From assembly GCA_965208105.1 (NCBI GenBank), contig OZ242318.1, forward strand, positions 2,560,001 to 2,624,000: 64,000 bases of DNA, in the 5' to 3' direction. Positions within the stretch are counted from its first letter, which is position 1. Every line of letters begins with the position of its first letter. Shown in pieces: positions 8,934-18,452 of the stretch. The DNA comes from Candidatus Latescibacterota bacterium. GTDB lineage: Bacteria > Latescibacterota > UBA2968 > UBA8231. The notes under the pieces were generated by a model. It was not told where the DNA came from and searched no databases. It worked only from the letters and a program-made list of their open reading frames with translations. The position numbers and the translations under genes were made by a program.

Positions 8934-10060
8934 TACCACCTCCGCCGTGACCGGGGACGTTCTCCAAAGCGCAAGATGATATTCTCCAGGCCGCCGTTGC
9001 GGGCGACGGTCAGGGTGCATTCCTCGTCCACCCGGAAGGGTTGCAGCAATCGCACTGCCTCGTCGGCGCCGCGGACCTTCTCTCCATCGATGGCTACGAT
9101 TACATCGCCTTCCTCCAACCCGGCCAGATACGCGGGACTGTCGACATCGACAATGATCTTCACTATCAGCGCCCCCTCCGTGGAGGAAAGCGAAAGGTAC
9201 TCGGCCAGTAGCGGGGTGAGATTCTGCAGGCTGAGGATGCCGGTCCAGGGCCGCCGCACCTGGCCGTGCCGGCGAATTTCCTCCAGGAAGCTGCGGGCGG
9301 CGTTTATTGGGATGGCGAAGCCGATCCCGATCGATCCTACACTGAATTCACCGCCCGTGTAAATGAAACTGTTGATGCCGATGACTTCCCCCGCGGCATT
9401 TACCAGGGGGCCGCCGCTGTTTCCCGGGTTGATGGCCGCATCTGTCTGGATCATGTCGCGGTAGTAGTAGTTGCCCTTGGGCTCCTGAAAGTCCCTCTCC
9501 ACGGCGCTGACCACGCCGATGCTGACCGTGGGGCCCAGATCGAATGGATTGCCGATGGCAATCGCCCATTCGCCCACCAGAATATCGTCTGAATTACCCA
9601 GGGGCGCAACCGGGAGATCGTCCTCCTCCACCTTGAGAATAGCCAGGTCGAAGGAGGTATCGTGGTCGATATACTCGGCCGCAAAGGCGCGGCCGTCCGA
9701 GAGAGAAACCACAATCTTGGTGATACTTCGGGAGTTGCCGATTACGTGGCCGTTGGTGAGGATGTAGCCCCCTTCGGTGATGATCCCCGATCCCCCGGAG
9801 GTGCGGTTTCTCTCTCCAGGTATGACGCGATAGTAAGGGAAAAAAAAGTCCATGAAGGGATCCCGGGAACGGTAAAACACCTGTTCCCGGTGGGTGACGT
9901 GGACGCTCACCACGGCCGGCCGCACCTCCTCGACCGCCCGCACAACGGCGGTTTGCCTCGACGTGGTGATGGGGTCGCTCCACGCAAGGCTGCACAGGAA
10001 CAGATTCAGGGAAAGTACGGGAATGAGCGGACGTGTCTTCGGATTCAGAAAATCTGTCAT
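8933..10060 (-). CDS. HtrA/DegP-family serine protease with one PDZ domain
   Basis: GSGII..GYILTNGHV, DLAILK, IQTDAAINPGNSGGPL catalytic triad. Signal peptide and a C-terminal PDZ. Confidence 0.93.
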   Translation of the reverse strand: MTDFLNPKTRPLIPVLSLNLFLCSLAWSDPITTSRQTAVVRAVEEVRPAVVSVHVTHREQVFYRSRDPFMDFFFPYYRVIPGERNRTSGGSGIITEGGYILTNGHVIGNSRSITKIVVSLSDGRAFAAEYIDHDTSFDLAILKVEEDDLPVAPLGNSDDILVGEWAIAIGNPFDLGPTVSIGVVSAVERDFQEPKGNYYYRDMIQTDAAINPGNSGGPLVNAAGEVIGINSFIYTGGEFSVGSIGIGFAIPINAARSFLEEIRRHGQVRRPWTGILSLQNLTPLLAEYLSLSSTEGALIVKIIVDVDSPAYLAGLEEGDVIVAIDGEKVRGADEAVRLLQPFRVDEECTLTVARNGGLENIILRFGERPRSRRRW

Positions 10061-10067
10061 GACCGCT

Positions 10068-10096
10068 AAACTAATATTAATGAATATGGGATTCAA
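10068..10096 (-). promoter_or_regulatory. Sigma70-like promoter for the htrA gene, probably leaderless
   Basis: TTGAAT-17 nt-TAGTTT-7 nt-ATG(10060). No SD. Confidence 0.5.
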
Positions 10097-10126
10097 GCTG
10101 TTCCGGCTGCTGCCGGCGGCCCGGCC

Positions 10127-10885
10127 TCATGGGTAGGAAACGCGGAGGAGGCAGAGGCCTTGGGGGGGCGCGGTTGGTCCGGCCTGGCCCCGGTCGGCGC
10201 CGTCCAGGAGGGTGGACAGGGACCCGGGGGGACGTCGGCCGGCCCCGATTTCCACCAGAGTGCCTACGAGGATGCGAACCATGTGGCGCAGAAAGCGGTT
10301 GGCCTCAATTTCGAAAACCAGCTCCCTGCCACGGCGCTGCCAGGAGCAGTGGGTGATGTGACAGAGGAAACTATCCGGAGGCGGAGCCTGTTTGCAGAAG
10401 GCTTCAAAGGAGTGGGTCCCCGGAAGGAGCCGGGATGCCTGCTGGACGGCGTCGAAATCGAGGCGGCGGTATATGGTCCAGACCCTGCTGCGATCCAGGG
10501 CGGCTTTGCTGCAACTGATGCGGTATCGATAGCGCTTGCTCGCGGCGCAGTAGCGGGCGTGGAAGTCCCGGGCGGCCTCCTCCACCTCGAGCACCGCAAT
10601 ATCGGAGGGCAGCAGGCCGTTGAGAGCGGCCAGAATGCGCTCCACGGGCTCCTCTGATTTGGTGTGGAAATGAGCAACCTGGCCCGCGGCATGGACCCCT
10701 GCGTCCGTCCGGCCCGAGCCGATGGGACATGTGGGCTCGCGCAGAAAGACCCCGAGGGCCTTTGCCAGTTCTCCCTGTACGGTGCGGTCTCGCCGCTGAA
10801 TCTGCCATCCCGCAAAGTTGGTGCCGTCGTATTCGAGCAGCAGGCGAATATTGCGATGTTCTAGGGCAGCAGGCGAGGCAGGCAT
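10127..10885 (-). CDS. truA: tRNA pseudouridine(38-40) synthase
   Basis: EYDGTNFAGWQIQ, GSGRTDAGVHAAGQVAHF, FLRHMVRILVG, TAPPQGLCL. Confidence 0.96.
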   Translation of the reverse strand: MPASPAALEHRNIRLLLEYDGTNFAGWQIQRRDRTVQGELAKALGVFLREPTCPIGSGRTDAGVHAAGQVAHFHTKSEEPVERILAALNGLLPSDIAVLEVEEAARDFHARYCAASKRYRYRISCSKAALDRSRVWTIYRRLDFDAVQQASRLLPGTHSFEAFCKQAPPPDSFLCHITHCSWQRRGRELVFEIEANRFLRHMVRILVGTLVEIGAGRRPPGSLSTLLDGADRGQAGPTAPPQGLCLLRVSYP

Positions 10886-11673
10886 AACAGGGCGGCAACC
10901 AGGGAAAGCACGGCGAGGGCGGCGCGCCGGTCGCGGCCGGCAAAGCGCAGCGGCCGAAAACTGGTGCGGCCGACGCCTCCGCGGTAGCACCGGCTCTCCA
11001 TGGCCAGGGCAAGGCGGTCTGCCCGGGCAAAAGCGGATATGAAAAGCGGGACCAGAAGAGGAATCAGGGTCTGGGCGCGGCGGATTGGATTGCCGCCGAA
11101 ACTCGCTCCTCGAGCCAGTTGGGCCTTGTAGAGACGCTCGGCTTCTTCGACCAGGACGGGTACGAACCGGAGGGCGATGGTGGCCATCATGGCCAACTCG
11201 TGAGCGGGAAACCCGATCCTGCGCAAAGGGCTGAACAATTTCTCCAGGCCCTCGGTCAGTTCCGCGGGCGAGGTCGTCAAGGTCAGGAGGGAAGCAGTGA
11301 TGATGGCGGCGGCCAGACGCAGGCAATAGAAGGCGGCGCGCAACAGGCCGTCGGCAGTGATGGCTGCGTCAAAGTAGGGCAGGCGCCACAGGACGTTCCC
11401 CGGCGTCAGGACGGAATGCAGCACGAAGGTAAAGAGAAAGAGCCAGATGAACGGGCGCAGATTCCTGAGGACCAAAGTGGCCGGAAGTCCGGACAAGGAG
11501 ATGGCAACGGCCAAAAAGAGGAAAAAGAACCCCAGGGGTGCGAATCCCTCGGCGCTGAAGACAGTGACCATGAGCCCCAGGGCAGAGATGAACTTGGTTC
11601 TCGGGTCCAGGCGGTGCAGCGGCGAGTCACCGGGAAAGTACTTGCCCAGGGTGATGTCCTGCAGGAAAGCCAT
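10861..11673 (-). CDS. ecfT: ECF transporter transmembrane component T
   Basis: ITLGKYFPGDSPLHRLDPRTK, IALRFVPVL, AQLARG and AMESRCY motifs. Confidence 0.92.
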   Translation of the reverse strand: MAFLQDITLGKYFPGDSPLHRLDPRTKFISALGLMVTVFSAEGFAPLGFFFLFLAVAISLSGLPATLVLRNLRPFIWLFLFTFVLHSVLTPGNVLWRLPYFDAAITADGLLRAAFYCLRLAAAIITASLLTLTTSPAELTEGLEKLFSPLRRIGFPAHELAMMATIALRFVPVLVEEAERLYKAQLARGASFGGNPIRRAQTLIPLLVPLFISAFARADRLALAMESRCYRGGVGRTSFRPLRFAGRDRRAALAVLSLVAALLCLPRLLP

Positions 11674-11684
11674 GGAGGAACTGC

Positions 11685-12650
11685 TCAGGGAAGAAACCGC
11701 GTGGTGAACGCTGAGGTCTCGTCAAGGGTATCGGCGGTGATGATATCGGCTTCGACCATCTGCTGCAGCAAAGCCTCCCAGCGCCGCTCGGACATGTGGC
11801 CGAGACCCTCCCGGAGGGCCACCTCGTCGAGAACCAGCGGCACCGACTCGGCGGCGCCGAATGCCAGGATTTCCAGGCTCATCTCGGGATTGAGCTCGCC
11901 GATGTATTCGTTTGTTGCCTCCGGCTCGCGCAGGTAGTGTTGCCAGCCTTGCACCGATGCCAGGACCATGGCGGAGACCACCTGCTCGCGCCCGGCGACG
12001 CTGGCCTCGTCGGCGATCAGCACACTGGCATATGGATTGAAGCCTGTGTCTGCCACCAGCAGGGCCTTGGGGTCCGCGCCTTTGCTGCGCGCCACAAATG
12101 GCTCGCTGAAGATATACCCCTGCTGGCCGAACATCGGGTCCGCGAGGAATTGGGTGACGTTTCCGAGATAGGGAACGATGGTGACCCCGGACAAAGGGAA
12201 CTTCTTGCGCAGGTAGTGGGAGAAGGCCGGCCGTTGAGAAAGGGCAAGGGTCATGTTCTCAATGTCCTCGATGCTCTCGATGCCGGAGCCGGCGTGCACC
12301 ATGATGCAACGGGGATTGATCTGGTAGGGCGCCATAAGGGCTACCACAGGCGCCTCCTGGGCGCGGGCGCTGAGGACATCGTCGGCGTTGGTGACGCCAA
12401 ACTCCACCGCCCCCGTGGCAACTCGCTGGATGACCGGAGCATCCGGCCCCCCACCGAGAATTTCCACTGCCAATCCGCGTTGCTGATAATATCCGTGCAC
12501 CGAGGCGGCGTAGAACCCTCCGTGTTCCACTTCAGGAAACCAGTTGAGGGCAAGCCGGACCCGGGCAAGACCCGAGGTCGACTCCTGCCGGCCGTTTTCG
12601 CCGCAGGCTGCCAAAAGGCCGATCAGGCAAAAAATCAGGCTCTTGAGCAT
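11685..12650 (-). CDS. ABC transporter substrate-binding lipoprotein (NMT1/THI5-like)
   Basis: Lipobox LLAAC and LNWFPEVEHGGFYAA...GYY, typical of the NMT1/SsuA fold. Confidence 0.88.
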   Translation of the reverse strand: MLKSLIFCLIGLLAACGENGRQESTSGLARVRLALNWFPEVEHGGFYAASVHGYYQQRGLAVEILGGGPDAPVIQRVATGAVEFGVTNADDVLSARAQEAPVVALMAPYQINPRCIMVHAGSGIESIEDIENMTLALSQRPAFSHYLRKKFPLSGVTIVPYLGNVTQFLADPMFGQQGYIFSEPFVARSKGADPKALLVADTGFNPYASVLIADEASVAGREQVVSAMVLASVQGWQHYLREPEATNEYIGELNPEMSLEILAFGAAESVPLVLDEVALREGLGHMSERRWEALLQQMVEADIITADTLDETSAFTTRFLP

Positions 12651-12659
12651 AATTTCAGA

Positions 12660-13445
12660 TTACTCCTTTCCCCCTCCCAAGCGATCCTGAAGAAAGTTAC
12701 TCAAAACGCCCACAACAGTAAATATGCTCAGACCGAGCAATGTACAGAAGAGGATGCAGGCGAACAGGTAGTCGGTCCTGGCCTGGCCATTGGTCAGGAT
12801 GATCAGGTAGCCCAGGCCGAAATCCTCGGTGCCGTATCCGGCAAAGAACTCGCCGACGATGGCGCCGATAACCGAAAGGCCGCTGGAGACCTTGGCACCC
12901 GTGAGCAGGTTGGGAAGAGCATGGGGCACGCGCAATTTGAACAGGATTTGCCAGCGGCCCGCGTCGTTCATGGCGAAGAGATCGAGGAGGTTCGGCTCCA
13001 CCGTCGTCAGCCCCGTGGTGGTGTTGGCGATTATGGGAAAGAGGGAGATGATGAAAGATACCGCCACGACACCGTAGAACCCGTGGCTGATCCAGAGGAT
13101 GACCAGGGGCGCAATGGCGACGATCGGCACCGTCTGCAGAAAAATGGCATAGGGGTAGAGGCTGCGCTCGATAATCTTCGACTGGGAGAAGACCAGGGCG
13201 GCCAGAAATCCTGCGGACAGGCTCAGGGAAAAGCCGGCGAGGGCCGCCGACGCCGTGAGCCACGCCGCACCGATGAGGGAGCTGAAGTGGAGCTTGATGG
13301 CTGCTGCCACCTGCAACGGTCCCGGCAGGAGAAAGGGCTTGATGTCGAACAGCCCGACCACCATGTGCCACATTGCGAGGACGAGGGCGAACAGCAGCAG
13401 CGGCGGAAGGAGCACCCGGGCCGCCCGGGAGATCAGTCGAATCAT
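12660..13445 (-). CDS. ABC transporter permease (NitT/TauT family)
   Basis: LPGPLQV, QTVPIVAIAPL and IGAIVGEFFAG. Multiple TM helices. Confidence 0.92.
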   Translation of the reverse strand: MIRLISRAARVLLPPLLLFALVLAMWHMVVGLFDIKPFLLPGPLQVAAAIKLHFSSLIGAAWLTASAALAGFSLSLSAGFLAALVFSQSKIIERSLYPYAIFLQTVPIVAIAPLVILWISHGFYGVVAVSFIISLFPIIANTTTGLTTVEPNLLDLFAMNDAGRWQILFKLRVPHALPNLLTGAKVSSGLSVIGAIVGEFFAGYGTEDFGLGYLIILTNGQARTDYLFACILFCTLLGLSIFTVVGVLSNFLQDRLGGGKE

Positions 13446-14218
13446 TGGGGCCGCACCTCGCGCAGGTGGTGCGATACCTCCCCGACGACGGCGTTGAAGG
13501 CCGAATCGGTGCGCAGGTCGGAAACGCGGGGATAGTCAAAGGGCACGGTAACGGCGGACAGGATGCGTCCAGGACGGGGACTCATGACCAGGACCCGCCG
13601 GCTCAGGAACACGGCCTCGGGAACGCTGTGAGTTACGAATACACCGGTCCAGCGGTCTCTCTGCCAGAGGTCGAGAACTTCCTCGTTGAGGCGCTGCCGG
13701 GTGATTTCGTCCAGGGCGCCGAAAGGCTCGTCCAGCAGGAGCAGACCGGGCCGGGTCACCAGGGCCCTGGCAATGGAGACCCGCATGCGCATGCCACCGG
13801 ACAACTGCCGCGGATAGGCCCTGGCGAAATCGGCCAGGCCCACCATTTCCAGGGCGCGTTCGACCAGGGACCTTGTTTCCGCCCGGCCGTGGCCGCGGAG
13901 CTCGAGCGGAAGGGCGACGTTCTTCGCCACCATGCGCCAGGGCAACAAGGTGGGATCCTGAAAGACATAGGCCAGGTCCTGGCGCCTGCGCCGCGCCGCT
14001 GGAGGCGGCAACCCGGCGATGGTCAGGTTGCCCGAGGTGGCCCGGGTCAGCCCGGCGATCAACCGCAGCAAGGTAGACTTGCCGCAGCCGGAAGGACCTA
14101 CTATGGAGACGAACTCGCCCGCCCCCACCTCCAGGTCTATCCCACGAAGGGCCTCGACTCCGCTGGCAAAGCGCTTGCCGACATTTCGGGCGACCACCTG
14201 GCCGGTGCCTTGAATCAT
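13442..14218 (-). CDS. ABC transporter ATP-binding protein (NitT/TauT family)
   Basis: Walker A GPSGCGKST, LSGGMRMR signature, LLLDEPFGALD, VTH. Confidence 0.95.
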   Translation of the reverse strand: MIQGTGQVVARNVGKRFASGVEALRGIDLEVGAGEFVSIVGPSGCGKSTLLRLIAGLTRATSGNLTIAGLPPPAARRRRQDLAYVFQDPTLLPWRMVAKNVALPLELRGHGRAETRSLVERALEMVGLADFARAYPRQLSGGMRMRVSIARALVTRPGLLLLDEPFGALDEITRQRLNEEVLDLWQRDRWTGVFVTHSVPEAVFLSRRVLVMSPRPGRILSAVTVPFDYPRVSDLRTDSAFNAVVGEVSHHLREVRPQ

Positions 14219-14224
14219 GGTTTT

Positions 14225-15166
14225 TCAGCCACGGGGATGGTAGGTGCGGTGGACTTCCTTGAGATCCTTGTGGTCGAGCCGGGCGTAGACCTGGGTGCTG
14301 GATATGTCCGCGTGGCCGAGAAGCTCCTGCACCTCGCGCAGATTGGCCCCGCCTTCGAGCATATGGGCGGCAAAGGAATGGCGCAGTGTGTGCGGACTGA
14401 TCTCCTTTTCCATCCTCGCTCTGGAGGCTGCGCCGCGGATGATTTTCCAGATCCCCATGCGCGAAAGCCCACCGCCCTGAGCATTGAGAAAGACTATCTC
14501 GCCCGAGTGGGGCCGAACCAGCCGAGGCCGCACATCCCGGGTGTAGCTCCGCGTGTAAAAGACCGCCTTCCTCCCGATGGGCAAGAAACGCTTGCCGCTG
14601 CTCTTGCCCTCGATGCACAGCAGGCGGTCGTCGAGAAGCAGCGAGGAACTGACGAGGGCGATCAGCTCGGAAACCCGCATCCCGGTCGCGTAGAGCAGCT
14701 CGAGAATGGCTCGGTCGCGCAGCCCGAGTGGCTCCGCGCTGTCTACCGCCTGCATGAGCTGATCTATTTCACCGACGCTGAGAAAACCGGGGGGCTTGCG
14801 GTCGAGTTTGGGCGGGTCGAGGTTTGCCGCAGGATCCTCCCGGCACATGCCCCTCACCAGGAGGTAGCTGTGGAAGCGCTTGATGGAGGTCAGGTTGCGG
14901 GCGAGGGTAGAGGGACTGAGACCGGCTTCGCGCAGATGGTGGAGCAGTCCGGCGACGTGCTGCGGCCGCACCTCGTCGGCAGCATGGACCCCCTGCCGCG
15001 CCAGACCCTGGAGGTAGCGCGACAAATCGCGGCGGTAGGCCTCGAGAGTATTAAAAGAGAGACCTCTTTCCCTCTCCATGGCGGTGAGGAAGAGGCCGAG
15101 CGGGTTCCCGAGTCCAGGCGGCAGCGGCGCCGGGTGAACCGTTTCCTCAGATTTGAACCCGGCCAT
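14225..15166 (-). CDS. xerD: Site-specific tyrosine recombinase XerD
   Basis: ERGLSFNTLEAYRRDL, LRDRAILELLYATGMRVSEL, HTLRHSFA, VQELLGHADISSTQVY, ends YHPRG. Confidence 0.9.
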   Translation of the reverse strand: MAGFKSEETVHPAPLPPGLGNPLGLFLTAMERERGLSFNTLEAYRRDLSRYLQGLARQGVHAADEVRPQHVAGLLHHLREAGLSPSTLARNLTSIKRFHSYLLVRGMCREDPAANLDPPKLDRKPPGFLSVGEIDQLMQAVDSAEPLGLRDRAILELLYATGMRVSELIALVSSSLLLDDRLLCIEGKSSGKRFLPIGRKAVFYTRSYTRDVRPRLVRPHSGEIVFLNAQGGGLSRMGIWKIIRGAASRARMEKEISPHTLRHSFAAHMLEGGANLREVQELLGHADISSTQVYARLDHKDLKEVHRTYHPRG

Positions 15167-15677
15167 GCTCGACAGAGATCCCTTCCAGCTCCAGCAGGGC
15201 TTCTTTCCAGGCCGTTCCGGCGGAGTAGCCGGTGAGGCTCCCGGTAGAAGCCACGACGCGGTGGCAGGGGAAGAGAATGGGAAGGGGATTGCGGCCACAG
15301 GCACTGCCCAGGGCGCGGGCGTTGCCAGGCGGAAGGCCGATTCTCTGAGCAAGGCCTCCATAGGATTCGACCTTGCCGTAGGGAATCTCCTTCAGAGCCG
15401 TCCAGATTTTGCGCTGGAACCGGGTCCCCGACCTCTCGGGTAGACTGCACTCGAAGTCTACCGGCTCGCCGTGGAAGTAGGACAGGATTTGAGCCACCAG
15501 ATCCCGGGCCCTTTTGCCGGGTGGTGCCTGTCCTCCGATCCGGATGGGGCGGCACGGATCCTCCGCAAAGGGACCGAGGCAAACACTGTACAACTCCTCG
15601 TCCCGCCAGTTCAGACGCACGGTTCCAAAGCGGCTGGAGACCTCTGTAGAACCACTGATTACAGGATCATTTGACAT
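15147..15677 (-). CDS. ogt: Methylated-DNA--protein-cysteine methyltransferase
   Basis: IPYGKVESYG and the NPLPILFPCHRVV active site. Confidence 0.93.
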   Translation of the reverse strand: MSNDPVISGSTEVSSRFGTVRLNWRDEELYSVCLGPFAEDPCRPIRIGGQAPPGKRARDLVAQILSYFHGEPVDFECSLPERSGTRFQRKIWTALKEIPYGKVESYGGLAQRIGLPPGNARALGSACGRNPLPILFPCHRVVASTGSLTGYSAGTAWKEALLELEGISVEHGRVQI

Positions 15678-17514
15678 TTTTCCTCGCGTCTGCGCCCTCG
15701 AGGTGGGACTTGAGTTCGGCGGCGAGCTTCATACCCACACCTTTCACACTGGCGATCTCCTCGACCCCGGCCTCCTTGAGACGCCGGACGGAACCGAAGG
15801 TTTGCAGCAGGACGGCGCGGCGGCCCGGTCCGATTCCGGGAATGTCGTCCAGGGCTGAGCTCATGGTGCGCTTGCCCCGCAGATTGCGGTGGTGCCTCAG
15901 AGCGAAACGGTGGGCTTCGTCGCGAAGGGCCTGCAACAGTCGCAGGGAAGCGGAAGTCCTGGGCAGCAACAGGGGATCGGCGCGACCGGGCAAGAACAAT
16001 TCTTCCAGCCGTTTGGCCAATCCGACCACCGGCTGATCCTCGAGGCCGAGTTCGCCAAGGGCTTGCAGGGCACTCGACAACTGGCCCTTGCCGCCGTCTA
16101 CCACCAGAAGATCGGGGAAAGACTCGCCCCGTTCGCGCAGGCCTCTGAAGCGACGCAGGACCACCTGGTGTATGGATGCGAAATCGTCGGGGCCCTCGAG
16201 ATCGGCGATCTTGAACTGGCGGTACTCGCTTCGGCGTGGGCGCCCGCCGACAAAGCATACCAGTGAGCCCACCGAATCCTCCCCTTGCAAGTTGGAGATG
16301 TCAATGCACTCGATGCGGTCCGGGGGATTGACAAGGCGCAGGTCGCGCTGCAGTGCGGATACGGATTGCGAGACGCGGCCCTTCTGCAGTTCGCGCCTCA
16401 GGCGGCGTTCTTCGAGCAGGTGCTCCGCGTTGCTGCGTGCCATTTCCAGCATCCTGGCCTTGTCCCCCCTTCGAGGCACTGAAAGGGCGACCTTGCGCTG
16501 AATCTTCGAGGACAGCCAGGCAGAGATGGCGGCGGAATCTGACGGAGCGGAGGGCAAGTGAATCTCGGCAGGAATAAAATCGGTTCGCAGGTAGAACTGG
16601 CAAACGAAGGCGGAGACGATCTCGGCATCCGCAGACTCCATGACACCGCTGAGAAAGTGGTGCTTCTTGCCCAGAAGGCGGCCTTCGCGAATCTCCAGGA
16701 TGCTGCAGCAGGCATCGTCGTCGCTGCGGGCGAGGCCGATCACGTCGCGGTCGATGGGCCGGTCCAGCATGGCCTTCTGCCGGGCGCTCATGGATTCGAG
16801 GGCCCTGATCTGGTCGCGCAGCTTGGCAGCTCTCTCAAAGCGAAGTTCCGCCGCGGTCTGCTCCATGCGCTTGCGCAGTTCTCTCAGGATATCGGAGTTT
16901 TTGCCCTGCAACAGGCGGACGGCGCAATCGACGCTTCGGGAGTAATCGGCGGCCCTGACCAGCCCTTCGCAGGGACCTTCGCAGCGATTGATGTGAAAGT
17001 CGAGGCAAACCCTGACTTTATCGGAGGGCAATTTGTAGTCGCAGCTGCGCACGGGGAAGATCTTGTGCATCATGTCCAGGGTGGTGTACATGGCACGGAC
17101 GTTGCTGAAAGGACCGAGGTAGCGCGAGCCGTCCTGGACCAGGTCACGGGTGGCGAAGATGCGGGGAAAAGGTTCGTTGGTTATGCGTATATAGGGATAT
17201 TTCTTGTCGTCCTTTAAGTGGACGTTGTACCTCGGCTTATGCGCTTTTATCTGATTGGCCTCGAGGATGAGGGCCTCCTGCTCGCTCTGTGTGACGATGC
17301 AGTCGAAATCGGCGATGTTTCGCACCAGAGCCTTGAATCGAAGGCGGCCGTCGCCGCCTGAGTCCTGAAAGTAGGAGCGGACGCGATGGCGCAGACTCTT
17401 GGCTTTGCCGATGTAGATTATGCGCTCCTTTCGATCCTTCATCAGGTAGATGCCCGGTGCTGCCGGCAATGCCTCCAGTTTGAGGCTCAAGTTCTCGAGG
17501 ATGGGCTGCTTCAT
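15667..17514 (-). CDS. uvrC: Excinuclease ABC subunit C
   Basis: GIY-YIG (PGIYLMKD..IYIGKAKSL), UVR domain, RIECIDISN, VDGGKGQ, RDEAHRFA and a C-terminal HhH. Confidence 0.97.
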   Translation of the reverse strand: MKQPILENLSLKLEALPAAPGIYLMKDRKERIIYIGKAKSLRHRVRSYFQDSGGDGRLRFKALVRNIADFDCIVTQSEQEALILEANQIKAHKPRYNVHLKDDKKYPYIRITNEPFPRIFATRDLVQDGSRYLGPFSNVRAMYTTLDMMHKIFPVRSCDYKLPSDKVRVCLDFHINRCEGPCEGLVRAADYSRSVDCAVRLLQGKNSDILRELRKRMEQTAAELRFERAAKLRDQIRALESMSARQKAMLDRPIDRDVIGLARSDDDACCSILEIREGRLLGKKHHFLSGVMESADAEIVSAFVCQFYLRTDFIPAEIHLPSAPSDSAAISAWLSSKIQRKVALSVPRRGDKARMLEMARSNAEHLLEERRLRRELQKGRVSQSVSALQRDLRLVNPPDRIECIDISNLQGEDSVGSLVCFVGGRPRRSEYRQFKIADLEGPDDFASIHQVVLRRFRGLRERGESFPDLLVVDGGKGQLSSALQALGELGLEDQPVVGLAKRLEELFLPGRADPLLLPRTSASLRLLQALRDEAHRFALRHHRNLRGKRTMSSALDDIPGIGPGRRAVLLQTFGSVRRLKEAGVEEIASVKGVGMKLAAELKSHLEGADARKNVK

Positions 17515-17851
17515 GGATAGGCGTCGTACCAGGAGTTTTGCCGGGATCGGGTTATTATGTAAAGTATGGCAAGCGACTGCGCAGCACAACCCCGAACGGG
17601 GTCCGCGGTGATACATGCCGGAAATTCCAGGTCCGGCGGGAAGCCGGAATTCCGCCTGGTGCCTGCGCTCCCGCTCAAGCCAACGAACCGGGGCGCCTCA
17701 GCACCCGCCTCGCCAGACTCTTGAACGAGTCGTACCTGGAGCGTGCCGCGAGCGGGGGCGAAGACGCGGAACGGGATGCAGCGGCGGCCGGATTCACGCG
17801 GAAACCCGCAGGAAGGCACCGGCCATGGAAACCCCGGATCTGGCGCTGATT

Positions 17852-18337
17852 TCAGGCGGGGCCCCCTGCCGGCTTCGATCGGCCGGGATTTCGGCGTTCC
17901 TTTCCCCGTGCTTGCCCAGTGGTATCACGCCGGGTGCGCCCGACTCGATCAAGCAGGTCGAGGACCAGGCTCAAATTTGTGGACACCTGCAACAGCTCGG
18001 AGACTTCGGTGCCACTGGCAGGATCGTTAAACCGCCGTTCCACCTCGCGGAATTTTTCCAGCAAAATTTCGTGGAGGCGGCGCAGGCTGCGCGGATCCTC
18101 GGAGGGCAGAAGGTCGCCTTGAAAGAGGGTTTTTGCGAGGTGGATGGCCTTGAGCTCGGCAGCGGAAAGACCAAGGGCGTCGAGCAGCCTGCATTCCTCG
18201 CAGGTGTAGGCGGGCCCATCCAGACCATGGCCGTCACAGCCAGGCGGAAGCAGCCAAAGATCGGTGGCCAGGGTGCGGCTGTGGATCTTCAACGGCTGTT
18301 TCAGTTGGTCGAGGCTGCAGAGGAGAATGTCGCTCAC
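17852..18337 (-). CDS. Hypothetical protein
   Basis: ORF co-oriented between the HD gene and uvrC with protein-like composition (LKIHSRTLATDLWLLP...AYTCEECRLL...ELKAIHLAKTLFQG). Start uncertain. Confidence 0.6.
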   Translation of the reverse strand: MSDILLCSLDQLKQPLKIHSRTLATDLWLLPPGCDGHGLDGPAYTCEECRLLDALGLSAAELKAIHLAKTLFQGDLLPSEDPRSLRRLHEILLEKFREVERRFNDPASGTEVSELLQVSTNLSLVLDLLDRVGRTRRDTTGQARGKERRNPGRSKPAGGPA

Positions 18338-18452
18338 CGGATTTCGGCCCGCGTCGGTTCTGCTGCTGACAATGGCATGGAGCCGGTCTGGATTGCATCG
18401 GCGGGGAAAGAGCCGATGCGGCCCCTGGTTCAAGCTCTCAATCTGGGACGCC

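Noticed and set aside
14225-15166. Tyrosine recombinase as a prophage/island/integron integrase
   Set aside because: It has XerD signatures and sits in a housekeeping operon. There are no att sites, cargo or integron-integrase insertion.
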